DNA of 64,000 nucleotides from Octopus vulgaris (lineage: Eukaryota), in assembly GCA_951406725.2 (NCBI GenBank), contig OX597818.1, positions 43,524,001 through 43,588,000 of the forward strand, written 5' to 3'. This document shows positions 51,401-63,496 of this stretch, in pieces. The position numbers and the translations under genes are program-made. Numbering within the stretch: position 1 is the stretch's first letter; each line of letters begins with the position of its first letter. The notes beneath the pieces were generated by a model. The model searched no databases. It was not told the DNA's origin and worked only from the letters and a program-made list of their open reading frames with translations.

Positions 51401-52290
51401 AATGGGGGACGCTACAGTTATTAGCCAAAACTGAAACTATGACAAATTGGCTACACCCTGGCAAACTTTATAAACAGAGATAATTTTACTCCCCGGTTTT
51501 CGTGAGAGTTTTGTTCAATTGGATTCTGGAAGCTATGATTGCCTGTTTAGTTTATGCACTTTGTGCTTTGTGTTAGGCATTTATAGATTTATTTTAGGCT
51601 CCAGGAATTCGCCAAAACTTTTGTCAAATTTAAGATAATTTCTGTGTCACATCTGGGTGAGGACAAAAGAAAAATCTCTCAATGACATTCCAAGGTTCGA
51701 AACCCATGGTTGAACACCGAATCGACAGACAAATTTTATGAAGGTTTGAAATCCAGTCGAAATCCGAGGTTCAAAATCTGAATTTGTACAAAAATAGAAA
51801 TCCGGATTTTATGAAATCCAAAATTTTTGGAATGCTATTTTTGAAAAACCAAATTTGTGTGAGGCCAATTTTGGGGAAACCAAAACCCGGGATATGGAGT
51901 CCGAACTTCTGAACTGTGTATATATGTTACCCTCGTAACTTTTGACTGCACATCTGTTGTAGCATTTGCTGTTTGTTTGTGTATATATTTGTATGTAAGC
52001 TGTTTTTATGTTGACTATTAATAATATTTTATAAAAAATTCATGGTGTGGTGTTGTTTTAAATTCACCCTATCAATGTTGATTCTGTGAATCGGGTTAAG
52101 GCCACAAAGTCGTAACAAAACACAAGAAAAGGCAAGCTCAAAGCACTTTATTCATCAGCTTACTTAAATATAAGTCATTACTCACCTCAGCAACATTTTG
52201 ATAAAGATCACACTTAGCTTTTTCAAATAAAGCATACTTTTCCTGGGTGGCCTTTACAAGCTGTTGTTTCTGAACATTTGAGAATTCCAT
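44820..52290 (-). CDS. NCOA4: Nuclear receptor coactivator 4 / ARA70 (ferritinophagy receptor), complete; complement(join(44820-45413,45920-46146,47831-48116,48409-48649,51076-51290,52186-52290))
   Basis: Six GT-AG exons, phases consistent, 1668 nt = 555 aa + TAG; ATG directly preceded by in-frame TAA. ARA70 coiled coil LKSQIRSQTSRLLEALQNREVQLINQVDMIKSSKEEVLQ; VPEE..MTF..FGKITS; TADWL; IENLG; VCKANEVCEKYSECVVQPNC, all resembling vertebrate NCOA4 segments. Confidence 0.9.
45920..46146 (-). CDS. NCOA4: NCOA4 exon (DEDTDSIEIV...DPSVWLVK)
   Basis: ttttcttttag/gtaagt, phase 1 to 0. Confidence 0.87.
47480..47706 (+). mobile_element. RTE-type LINE 3' fragment
   Basis: KTWLMTVKADLE..RRWNREWL..LASNRQAWSAFVRD; (CAAG)n tail. 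Confidence 0.75.
47831..48116 (-). CDS. NCOA4: NCOA4 exon (LVTSEWLAK...DDGFEILDTEELNS)
   Basis: cctcag/gtaggc, phase 0 to 1. Confidence 0.87.
48409..48649 (-). CDS. NCOA4: NCOA4 exon (LCLRDMVPEEP...NSVKS)
   Basis: ttgcag/gtaagt, phase 2 to 0. Confidence 0.9.
49786..50969 (-). mobile_element. Decayed mariner (DD34D) transposon with transposase pseudogene
   Basis: EQRICIKF, KFVPRLL, ITGDESWVYGYDP, HDN, YSPDLAPCDFFLFPK; TA + cgaggtctgatcaataagtatc terminus at 49784; frameshifts; other TIR not found. Confidence 0.92.
51076..51290 (-). CDS. NCOA4: NCOA4 exon, ARA70 coiled coil
   Basis: ttttccag/gtgagt, phase 0 to 2. Confidence 0.92.
51395..52117. mobile_element. Possible solo LTR or unclassified element
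   Basis: tgtta...taaca termini, CpG-containing interior with short gaaatcc repeats; no TSD seen. Confidence 0.3.
52186..52290 (-). CDS. NCOA4: NCOA4 first coding exon (MEFSNVQKQQ...QNVAE); exon acceptor at 52337 gives a short 5' UTR
   Basis: TAA-ATG start, gtgagt donor, phase 0. Confidence 0.85.
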
Positions 52291-54359
52291 TTAGATAATT
52301 TTCCAGAATATGAATGGACTCTTAAATGCAGAATAACCTAGAGAAAAACAAACACGTAATTATTAATTAAAAAAAAAACAATGAATAATGGCAATCAAAT
52401 TTTTCAATTACATTTATTTAATTCTTTCTACTATAGATACAAAGCCTGAAATTTTGGAGGAGGGGGGGGGGGGCTAGTCAATTACATTTGACCCCAGTGT
52501 TCAAATGATATTTTATTGACCTCAAAAGGATGAAAGGTTAAGTCAACCTTGGCAAAATTTTAGCTCAGAACATAAAGCAGACAGAAATGCCACTAACCAT
52601 TTCATCCAGTGTGCTAACAATTTTTGTCAGCCCACCACCTTATCATATTTATTAAATGCCAATAGTTTAAACAATTCTGGAAAACCAGCTGAATAAATTG
52701 TCATCAACCCAAATATATAATACTAACAAATACCAATTTTTCAGTTACATAATAGTATGTCATGTGAATAGTAATTTCAAATTAGACCATTACTTAAATA
52801 CCAGTAAGTGACGCTTTAACTGTACAAGCTGTTACTGTCTTCTTTTTTTTAATCATTACAGCCCATGGGCATAATCGGCACTTTGATTTTTACATGCTCA
52901 ATTCCTAACTTAATAAAAACATTCTCCATATGCGCAGGAGTGGTTGTGTGGTAAATAGCTTTCTTACCAACCACATGGTTCTGGGTTCAGTCCCACTGCA
53001 TGGCATCTTGGGCAAGTGTCTTCTACTATAGCCTCAGGCTGACCAAACATGACAACACACTGCCCATTCAGTGCAACTTGTACAGGAGTTTTTAGCTAGG
53101 CACAGCATTCCCCAGGCCCAATGGCCACCATATTCCCCAGATCTCGCCCCTTGCGACTTTTTCCTCTTTCCAAAAATCAAATCCCGCTTAAAAGGAGAAA
53201 TCCTTGTGAGTGGATTTGGTAGATGGAAACTGAAAGAAGCCCGTCGTATATATGTATGTGTATGTCTATGTGTGTGTCTGTGTGTGTGTCTGTGTTTGCC
53301 CCCCCCCCCCAACATTGCTTGACAACCGATGCTGGTGTGTTTATGTCCCTGTAACTTAGCAGTTCGGCAAAAGAGACCGATAGAATAAGTACTAGGCTTA
53401 CAAAGAATAAGTCCCAGGGTCAATTTGCTCGACTAAAGGCGGTGCTCCAGCATGGCAGCAACCAAGTGACTAAAACAAGTAAAAGAGTATATGCTCAAAT
53501 TTAGAATAAATTTATTAATAACCATTTGTGCACAAACGTTTGAAGATTTTAAAATCCAAGTACAGTTCCGTAAAAGAGACTGACAGAATAAGTACCAGAT
53601 TTAAAAATAAATACTGCTCCACAATAGCTGTAGTCCAATGACTAAAACAAGAAAAAGATATTTAAAAAGAAACACCATTAAAGAGTAATTGCAATTATTA
53701 TTCTGTGTTATTGTCTTATAATATTACATCACATAGGTTTACATTCAAGGACTAGTAATAATTTAAATGAACTGAAGTTATGTAATGGTGTAATATTATC
53801 CAATAAAATCCAATCCATTCAAAATAAAAATCCTTTTAACCAATTTTTAAAATGGAGGATGAGTAATATTTTAGAATATGATTAAATGCAATTTTCTTTG
53901 TGTGCACATAAATTATATTCAACCTGGTTAAGTTTTATTACAACTGTAAAAATATCCTAACCTGCTAGACAAGTCAATATATGTTAACTATAATAATAAA
54001 TACAATCATAGCTGTGTGGTTAAGAAGTCTGCCTTCTAAACACAAAGTTTTGGGTTCAGTCCCACTGCACATCTTAGAAAATGTCTTCTAGTATAAACCC
54101 AGGCTAAAGCCTTCTAAGCAAACGAGGTGGATAGAAACTGTCCATTGTGTGTGAGTGTATTTGTGCTACAAACAGTATTGTGTTACTTCCTCTTTCAACA
54201 AATTCTCTTCAAGGAAGTACAAAATAAAAAATTTCTTATTTGAAAAACAGGTAAGTGTTAGCAAAGAAGACAGGCATATATGACTATAAAATAATGCCTC
54301 AATATTATATTCATTTAACCCATGATGGAATAAATATATATCTTTATTTGTTAGTTATA

Positions 54360-54563
54360 CCGGAGTAAACACATAAATGTGAAACAAGGTGGAAAAAAGA
54401 GTACTCAAATACTAGTGGTAGAGTAATATGTTTTATTTAAAGCAGCAGAAAATTCAACAAAACCTGTTACTCTGAGTTTCCTGTTGTCGTTCAGCGGACA
54501 ATTTTTGCTAGCAAAAACTGTCCGATGAACAGCAACGGGAAACTCAGAGTAACAGGTTTTGTT
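54360..54563 (-). mobile_element. Penelope-like or retrozyme-like fold-back insertion with 108-bp palindrome (54456-54563)
   Basis: palindrome centred on gct|agc at 54509/54510; direct repeat tttgttagttata at 54347-54359 and 54558-54570. Confidence 0.75.
54514..54560 (+). ncRNA. Minimal type I hammerhead-ribozyme-like motif (variant core); inverted twin at 54459-54505 (-)
   Basis: ctgt-CCGATGA-acagcaacgg-GAAA-ctc a gag-TA-acag; stems I and III pair, stem II is degenerate. Confidence 0.5.
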
Positions 54564-54762
54564 AGTTATATAAAGATATAATAATATTAAAATAATAATT
54601 TGGGAAGAGCAGTATAGTTAGTTAAATTAACCTCAGTACTTTGAAGGATGAAAGCAAAGAGGGATGTTTATATTCAAATAAAGCAAAATATACAAATCTA
54701 AAGAATACAAATGAAAGGGAACAACTTATATACTCTATACTTGAATGGTTTGTTTTTTTTAA

Positions 54763-54984
54763 CCCTTTTGTTACCATATTTCTGTTGAGATGCTCCGTGT
54801 TTCTTTCAATTAATTTTAAATATAACAATGAATTAGTAAAATAATTTAGTTTATCATTAAGCTAGTGTTAAGAACATAAATTGTGACTAAGGTTTGGTGG
54901 AAGATTTTAATACAGAACTTTTGAAAACAAGACATTTGTACAGCAGAGCCAGAGGCGATTTCAGGCGGGTTGGTATCAAAAGGG
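54763..54984. mobile_element. piggyBac-type MITE (second family); decayed copies about 2640-2780, 8838-9050, 22678-22790
   Basis: TTAA|CCCTTTTGTTACCA...TGGTATCAAAAGGG|TTAA. Confidence 0.87.
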
Positions 54985-55143
54985 TTAAACAAAAATATAG
55001 TTGTTGTTTGAGCAAAAACTTATAAAGTTATTAGTGCTTTATTTTAGATGTTGTAACTGACAGAGTTATAATACAACTTCTAATAATATGAAATATTACA
55101 GTGTATAACCAAACAAATTATGAAATATTTTTTATGATCTTAC

Positions 55144-55205
55144 CTTTTCTAACATTTTGACAAGACTCACTGACTTATAACACTGTCCGACATGAATAAC
55201 TAAAG
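55144..55205 (-). other. Possible non-coding 5'-UTR exon of NCOA4
   Basis: strong AAG|GTAAGA donor at 55144 and tacag acceptor at 55205; no independent support. Confidence 0.3.
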
Positions 55206-56115
55206 CTGTATGTAATTACAAAGAAGTATATCTTTTGATATACTTGAAACCAATACAGGTTTTGGGTTGCGTAATCAGTTTAGTAGCAAATGACCAATTA
55301 AAAGCATTACTGTCACTAACATTTTCTTAAACGATTTTACACAGTGATATTCATAATTTCACAGTGTCATTATTTGACAGAAGTAAAGGAATATATTTAG
55401 AAATAAACAAGAAAGCAACTCCAGATCATTAAACTCAATTCACTGACGATTAATGCAGACTTGTGATGTCAACCAAATAAATTTAATGAGATTTTTTTTG
55501 ACAAGCCACTTTTATGAGAAGAGTTAGTTGAGTAAAATTCAACTCAGTATATCATTAGTATTTATTTTATAAACTAGCTGACCTTCTGCCATCAATAATG
55601 ACAGCTAATTGTAGTATTTTATATATAAATAAGGTACATAATAATCACATATACAAACATTCACATACTTCTTTTGTACAAGCACACACATATACTCACA
55701 TAGAGTTGAAATGCTGATTTTTTTTTTCACCCCTTCCTTTCTCTCACTCCCTCTCAGTCAGGACTATTACTCTCACTACTTCTCCTTCACTGAATTACTA
55801 TTTTCTCTCCTCCTCCACATCCAGCACGATTCAGAACAAATATATATATATATACACATACTTACATGCAGGTGGCACGTAAAAAACACCATTTGAGCGT
55901 GTCCGTTGCCAGTACCGCCTGACTGGCCCTCGTGCCAATGGCATATAAAAGCACCCACTACACTCTCAGAGTGGTTGGCATTAGGAAGGGCATCCAGCTG
56001 CAGAAACTCTGCCAGATCAGATTGGAGCCTGGTGCAGCCATTTGGTTCACCACACCTCAGTCAAATCGTCCAACCCATGCTAGCATGGAAAGCGGACGTT
56101 AAACGATGATGATGA

Positions 56116-56150
<35 letters not shown>

Positions 56151-57240
56151 TACATATAAATATATAAAAACACTATGTTTATTATTATATTATGAGATGC
56201 AGATGAGATAAAATTATATCAGGATGTCCAATAGAAGCTCTCACAACATATACTTGAAGGTATAACAACACAACAAAAATTACAGAATATATCCATTCAA
56301 ATAGACATACATGCATGTTTGCATATGCTTGCACAAACATCTAATAACCTCAATAAATTGACAGGTTACCTACCAGTATATATATACACAAGTGTAATAA
56401 AATAGAAATAGTAAGATCTGTAAATGTTGTTAAGATCATTTACAAATGCTGAACATTTTTTCTATGTGTGTGAAAGGTCATATATGCAAACATTATCTAA
56501 GTAAGATACTGCTACAATTTTTAAAATAACGTTAACTAATCTCTAAAATATAACCTTGTCCAGTCCACATTGTAAAATGGTTGGCATTTGGAAGGGCATC
56601 CAGCTGTAAAAACCTTGCCAAAACTGACCTTGCCTGTGCTTGTACCACATAAAAAGCTCTCAGTCCATTCTGTTGGCTGGGTGGTTGGTGTCAGGAAGGG
56701 CATCCAGCCATAATAACCCTGCTAAAACTGCCCCACCTATGCCAGTATGGCAGGCAGATATTAAAAGATGATGATGAAAGATGATGATGAATAAATGGAA
56801 AAAGTAAAATCTTAAGTAAAAAAAAAAAAAAAATTGTAGTGAAAGCTACATACGAAGGTCTAAATATAGTAAACATCATCGTCATCATCATCATCATTTA
56901 ATGTCAGTTTTCCATGCTAGTATGGATTGGATGGGTTTGACAGGAGCTGGCAAGCCAAGGGGCTGTACCAGGTTCCAGTCATTTGTTTTAACAAGATTTC
57001 TATGGCTAGATGCTGTTCCTAATGCCAATCAGTTTACAGAGTGAACTGGGTGCATTTTACATGGTACTGGCACAGGTGCTTTTTTACATGGTGCCAGTAC
57101 AAGTGCCTTTTTATGTGGCACCAAGTACAAATGCTTTTTTTATGTGGTACTGACACAGGTGATTTTTTTTACATGGTATCTAGAGGTAAGCTGTTTCTTT
57201 ACAACTATTAAAACTTTTACAAAAAAAAGATTCTTGTTAA

Positions 57241-58869
57241 CTAGCAGCTGTACCCGGTGTTGCCCGAGACTGTTTGTTAAGTATGCCTGATCAGTGTAGT
57301 TTCCAACGAAGTAGAGCTGAAGAAACTGATGTGAGGCAGTGTCATGCGGCTGCAAGGAACCAATTCTATGGTAAATCTGCCCCTGCACTTTAAAGGAAGG
57401 CATGAAATGCTCATCTTGTATGATGCTGGCACTAAAGGAAGTCATTTGGAACGTGCAGTTGTAGGCATGTATCTGTTTGAGAAAGACATGAGAATAAGGA
57501 GACGCCCATGTCAAAAGGGGTGGAGGATCTTGTGGAAGAGGTACTGTAATCTTACCGTTGGAGCAGCACGTGCCGGGAGTTTCTCCAGGCCGCTTTTTAG
57601 CTCCACAAAATTGGCAGATTGTGAACATGCAGCCTATTTGAACGTCAGGGCGATTACTGTAGTCAACTGTAGGATCGTAGTTGAATGCTGTCATTGACCA
57701 ATGCAAGGAGCATGGCCTTGAGTAGGAATGTTGTGCAGCTCTTCACTGAGTTATAGCCTCCAGTTGTTGTTGCCTTCCCCCTGTAGTTTCCGTAGCACAT
57801 GCAGCAGCATCTCTTATAAGTCGAACTGCAGTCTCTGCAGCATATGCAGCAGCAGTAGAGGAAGCACTTCTTGTTCAGTGTGCTGAACGTTGCTCTGGGC
57901 AACTCGTTGCTCTGGGCAACTCGTTGCACAGCAATACAATTCTGCTCTTCATTTTCCCTTCTTTGCGCTGAAGCCATCCTAAGTGCATTGAGAGAGCTCC
58001 TCCAGGTGGCGTCCTCGGCAGATTCATTTGCATACACATGTTTACTTTTCTTTGCAGCATTTGTTTGCTGACCTATATTGGATCTTTTGCATTGAGGCAT
58101 GGTGGAAAACTATCAGTTTACACAATAGAAAAAGTCCTAAGGAAAAAGCAGTGAATGTGTAGCACCCAAAAAAATAGTAAAATGTAGTTGGCAAAAATGT
58201 TAATCAAATTGACCAAATTAAGGATTTTTAATTTTGGGTAAGAGTTTTGAAGTGGCTAGTTTAAGTTGGAATAATTATATGAAAAAGAGTGCTCACGTGA
58301 AAACAGAGGCAAATTGTAACTCGCAAATGAATACTGCTGGAGTACTGTGCAAGCAGTTGATAAGAGCTCGCCACAGCTGACAAAGTAAAGCATTGATTTT
58401 TTCCAGCTGGGTGCGTGTCATGTTTTTTCACTGGCTCAAGCCAAATCCAAGGCAAATTGAGAGTAGTTTATTTATGTTGGGGGCACAGAATTTCGAGAAA
58501 AAAAATTATAAGAAAAAGCATCCTAAGTCAAGAGAGCACACATGTCAAATTTGGTGAAATTCAGTTGAAAATTATAGGAGTAGAAGTGGTTCCCACAACA
58601 CACACACACACACAGATAACTCGCCTTTTAATATATAAGATCAAATGCATACCGTTTCATAGATATGGTGGGTTCAAATCCTTGGCAAACTGAGAGTAGT
58701 CTATTTATGTTGGGGGCATGGAATTTTGAGGAAAAAATTATAAGAAAAAGCATCCTAAGTCAAAGAGAGCACATGTCAAATTTGGTGAAATTCGGTTGAA
58801 AATTGTAGAAGTAGAAGTGGTTCACACAACACATACACAGACAGACAACTTGCCTTTTAATATATAAGA
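57241..58869 (-). mobile_element. Internally deleted Helitron with N-terminal RepHel remnant
   Basis: 5' A|TC at 58869; 3' GC hairpin + CTAG|T at 57241; ORF CQFCGAKK..GE..CCSNGK..YNCTFQMTSF..FKVQGQIYHRIGSL..FLQLYF. Confidence 0.92.
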
Positions 58870-60749
58870 TTAGTATTGCTTTTCAAGGTGAGTCAGTTTC
58901 AAATGTTAAGCTGGGTCAATCTCTCATCGACTGTAGCTATTGTTGTGGGTATTTGATTACCTAACATATAACTTGAATAGATCGTTGCTGCTAGTTCATA
59001 AGACATTTTGTCCTATGGATTGTTTCAATAGTTTTTATAATTTAAGTTCAATAGACTTATAGAAAGCTTTTATGCTTATTGTCTCTGTTCTTGAATGTCA
59101 TATAACACTATTTCAAACAAGCTTGTATATTTTAATATGACCAAGTTGTCTTTTTATTTCAATGTTAAGCATTGCTTGGTTTATCAGTTACATTAAAAAC
59201 TGAAATTTTGTATCATAATAGGAAGTTCATATTTCAATAGAAAAGCCTGCAAATTTTTTTTATTTTCGTTGTAAAAAAACTGCTCCTGATCTTATTTAAT
59301 GTCAACTAATGTTATATAGGAATTACTAAAATCAGTTCAGCTAAATATATTACAGCTAATAAATTCCATTTGATTTCAAAAACAGTAAATATTTTGAAAT
59401 GGTCAACATTTTACTCTAAAAACAAAATAACGAAATAGTTTTGTAAATATGATAAAGCAGCTTTGTTTGTTTAATGTCTGTTTTATCATGTTAGTATGAG
59501 TTAGAAGGGGAGGGAGCTGAGGGAACATTTTTACTACCAGATGCTCTCCTTGTTGTCAAACCTAATTGGTTTACAAGTAAGGGTGTTTTTGTTTTGTTTT
59601 TGGTCTTTTTCCCCGCCAGAGGAACTCAAAAGCACAGTGCTGGCAGGCAATTGGTTAACAGGAAAGGTCAAGAAACATCACCAGTTGCAGCCTTGCTCTG
59701 CACAGATTGTAAATATTCACACATACAAGATTATATTTCTAATCCTGGCATTATAATTATTATTTCTAATTACGTTAAGAAATTTGTTCTTAGTTAATAG
59801 AGATCAACTTTTTTTTTATCTGGATGGGGATAGGAAGTTAAATGTTTAACTAAATACTTCAATCATTCAGCATTAATAACATTTGCATTAGTTAATAAAT
59901 AATTTTATTCATGACGTTATTTCTCATTGCAAACATTGAACCAAAGTAATATAACTTACTATGTTGGACATTAGTAGAATTACCTAAATAACAAGTGCTA
60001 AGTGCTGGTAAATTATCTTGCAGAGCTTACATAATACAGTTAAAACAGCCGCTACAATTTATAGTATCAAATTAAAAAAATTTTTATAAGCAACCCATAG
60101 GGTAGTTGTTTATGTGATTGCTTAGCAAGCAACCAATATATTGAAGTCACATCAGTGTGTCTATTGTTCTTTTTTGACTCAAATTGATGCCTTTATGTCT
60201 AAAATCTCCTGTATCAAAGTCTCAGTTGTTAATTAATGACATCAATTATAATTATATTATTATGTCATTTTATTAGCAAATACTATTGTTTTTAAAGAAA
60301 TCAGTTTTTGAAATGTATAGTTACACTGTACTACATTATCACTGTATCAACCAGTCTATCGGATCTTGTTATACACAACTGGTCACAATGCATTTCTTCG
60401 CATTGTTTTAACTTCTGACTGTAGATAGGTCAACATTCCTCCTGAACAGAACACCAGTCCATTTTGCAGGGTTACCCATTTACAGCTGAGTGGACTGGAG
60501 CAATGTGAAATGAAGTGTTTTGCTCAAGAGCTCAATGCACCTCCCATTTGAGAATTGAAACCATGATCTTACAATTGTGGGTGCAACTCCCTAACCACTA
60601 GGACATGCATCTACACATGCTATACTATATCATTTATTCCTTCTATCACAACTGTGATTTTCACCTGACCTTCTTTCTGGCAACTGAGTGAATGTTAAAA
60701 ATCTATATCACAAATATGCAGTATTCTCTTCCTCTTTCGATTACAGACT

Positions 60750-61275
60750 TCAGACCTTTGGAGATATGCTGTGATTGAGAAGACCCAGCAAATAAAGTGA
60801 GATCACAGCTGTAGCCTATACTAGTGTCACATAACCAGTCCATTTAAAAGTACCCTTAAATCATCAGGCGATATGCTGCACTTGAGAAAACCTATTGAGT
60901 CAAGTAAAATCAAAATGGAAATTGTAGTCGTGGCCGATGCCAGTGCCACCTAACTGGCACTCGTGCTGGTGGAACATAATAAGCACCATTGAAGCATGAG
61001 TCAATGTCAATTCCGCCTGACTGGCTCCCCATACTGGTGGCATGTAAAAAGCACCATCTGAACATGGTCGATGCCATTTCCGCCTGACTGGCTCCTGTGC
61101 CAGTGACACATAAAAAGTACCCACTAAACTCACGGAGTGGTTGGTATTAGGAAGGGCATTCAGCTGTAAAGACCTTGCCAGATCAGACTGGAACCTGGTG
61201 CAGCTGGTTGCTTTCCAGACCTTAGTCAAACTGTCCAACCTAGCATGGAAAACAGATATTAAATGATGATGATGA
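60750..61275 (+). mobile_element. RTE-like LINE 3' end continuing into the abundant (GAT)n-tailed repeat
   Basis: gacctttggagatatgctgtgattgagaagac matches the reverse complement of about 70-110, then modules and core repeat follow. Confidence 0.8.
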
Positions 61276-61315
61276 ATGAACACAAACATATCTACCTATC
61301 TGTCTATATATATAT

Positions 61316-61392
61316 ACTACATTGTTGGGAAGCTTCTTAACCACACAGCCATGACAGTACCTCTCCCTCTCTTTCTCTCTCTCTATATATAT

Positions 61393-61428
<36 letters not shown>

Positions 61429-61512
61429 GTGTGTGTGTATATATATAGAGAGAAAGAGAGAGAGGAGGTACTGTCATGGCTGTGTGGTTAAGAAGCTTCC
61501 CAACAATGTAGT
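61316..61512. repeat. Palindrome around a microsatellite, duplicating a SINE head
   Basis: actacattgttgggaagcttcttaaccacacagccatgacagtacctc and its exact reverse complement flank mirrored (CT)/(CA)/(TA) tracts. Confidence 0.92.
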
Positions 61513-63496
61513 CTTGGGTTCAGTCCCACTGTGTAGCACATTGTGCAAATGTCTTCAACTATAGCCCCAGGCAGACGTGAGCTTTGTGAGTGCATTTGGT
61601 ATGCAGAAACTCTGTGTATGTGCATGTGTTTATGTGTACCCTTGTCTAGACATCAAGTGATAGTTAAAAATGAGCATCATCATCATGATACAAGTGAGAT
61701 TATTTCTTTCCAGTTTTCCTTGAAAAACATGTCTAGCTATAAAAAAATATTACTTTCTTGAAAACAGGTGATGGGTTGGCAACAGAAAGGCATCCAGCCG
61801 CAGAAAATCTACCTTAACAAATTCCATCTGATCCATGAAAGCATGGATAAGTAAATGTTAAATGACAATGATAACTATATTCATTATATTTACCCTGTCA
61901 GCTATTCCCCAAATCTAAATAACCTTCACTCTCTCCATGCATTCTTGCTGTCTCTATCTACACACACTCTTGTTCTTCTGTGCTTCTATTCACTTTGTAC
62001 CTTGAAGAATCTTCAAGACACTTCACTCCCACTATTCTAATTCCCCTTCAGTTACTCCTATTGACTCTTCTATAAACATGAGCAAACATGTAGTTCCTCT
62101 TTGACAAGGTCCCATCTTTCATAGATCTGTTCTGGGCCCATCTTTCAAAGCTTAACCTCTTATATCCCAGAATTAAGCCACCTCTCTTTACTGTAGCCCT
62201 ATTCAGACAAAGGGGATCTTGGTCTTGCAGCCTGCACAACAACTTCACTAGTGTTAATGTCATGAAAAAATAGCACCCAGTACTCTCTGTAGATTGGTTG
62301 GTATTAAGAAGGACATCTACATGTAGAAACCATGCCAAAGTAGACACTGGAGCATAATGCAGTACTCAGACCCATCGAATCCTGTCAAACTGTCCAGTCC
62401 ATACCAGCAAGGAAGGTGGATGTTAAATGATGACAATAATGATGACGATCACACACAGAGTTTTTTCACTTTCTGTCTATCACACTGGTCAGCTTGGGAC
62501 CATACTAGAAGACACTTGCCCAAGATGCAGCATAGTGAGATTGAACCTGTAACCTTGTGTTTAATAACTGAACTTCTTTATAAAGCATGCCTACCTAGCC
62601 TTATGCTCAAGTAATTTATTAAATATATGTTTGGTAAAATACAAAGAGAGTGCTAGTGGCATGTAAAAAACATCCACTATACTCTCAGAGTGGTTGGTGT
62701 TAGGAAGGGCATCCAGCTGTAGAAACATTGCCAGATCAGACTGGAGCCTGGTGCAGCTGCTGGTTTTCCAGACCTCAGTCAAACCATCCAACCCATGCCA
62801 GCATGGAAAGCAGACGTTAAACGATAATGATGATGAGAAAATAGCATTAAAACTGTTTCTTATGCTTAAACCTATTCATGTAGAGATTATATGACATGCA
62901 AACAATTTAACCTACTTTATCCTACAGAACTTTTTTTCCTTTCTCAAAACCCATGACTTAATTTTAGGTCAGAGCATGAGAAAAAACTGAAAAGTAAACA
63001 CAGAAAAGTTAAAGAAGTAAACACACCCAATTTTACATAAGTGAAAACAAATTAAATCATTTAATATAGCGTGGAGGATATTATCATTGTTGGGTTGTTT
63101 TTTTACTTCTGCTTTTTCATGCTAGTATGAGTTAGATGGGATTTTTTGAGGTGGTGTTTTGTAACAGGATATCTTTCCTGATGCCTTTATTTTTAGTTAC
63201 TTCTTACAACAATAGGGACAGCGTGTACCTATTCTAAACACCAGTACTCACAAAAGCAACTTGGTCAGAGAGTATCATTTCATATCTCAACTGCCAGGTT
63301 TCCTTTGAATAGATGGGATGGTGAAAATCCAAATGCCATCTATATTATATAACTGGTGATGTGGCATGTTTGATTTAGTCTTTCTTCAAAATACTAGTAA
63401 TATAATCTGGCATTGGTACATGTAGAATAAAAAAAATAGGATAAATAATTGAAAAACTAATGCCTGATATAGTTTCTTTTTTTATGGGTTACTCAT

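Noticed and set aside
55160-55195. CAGUG loops as iron-responsive elements in the putative NCOA4 5' UTR
   Set aside because: Flanking bases do not form the 5-bp upper stem with a bulged C
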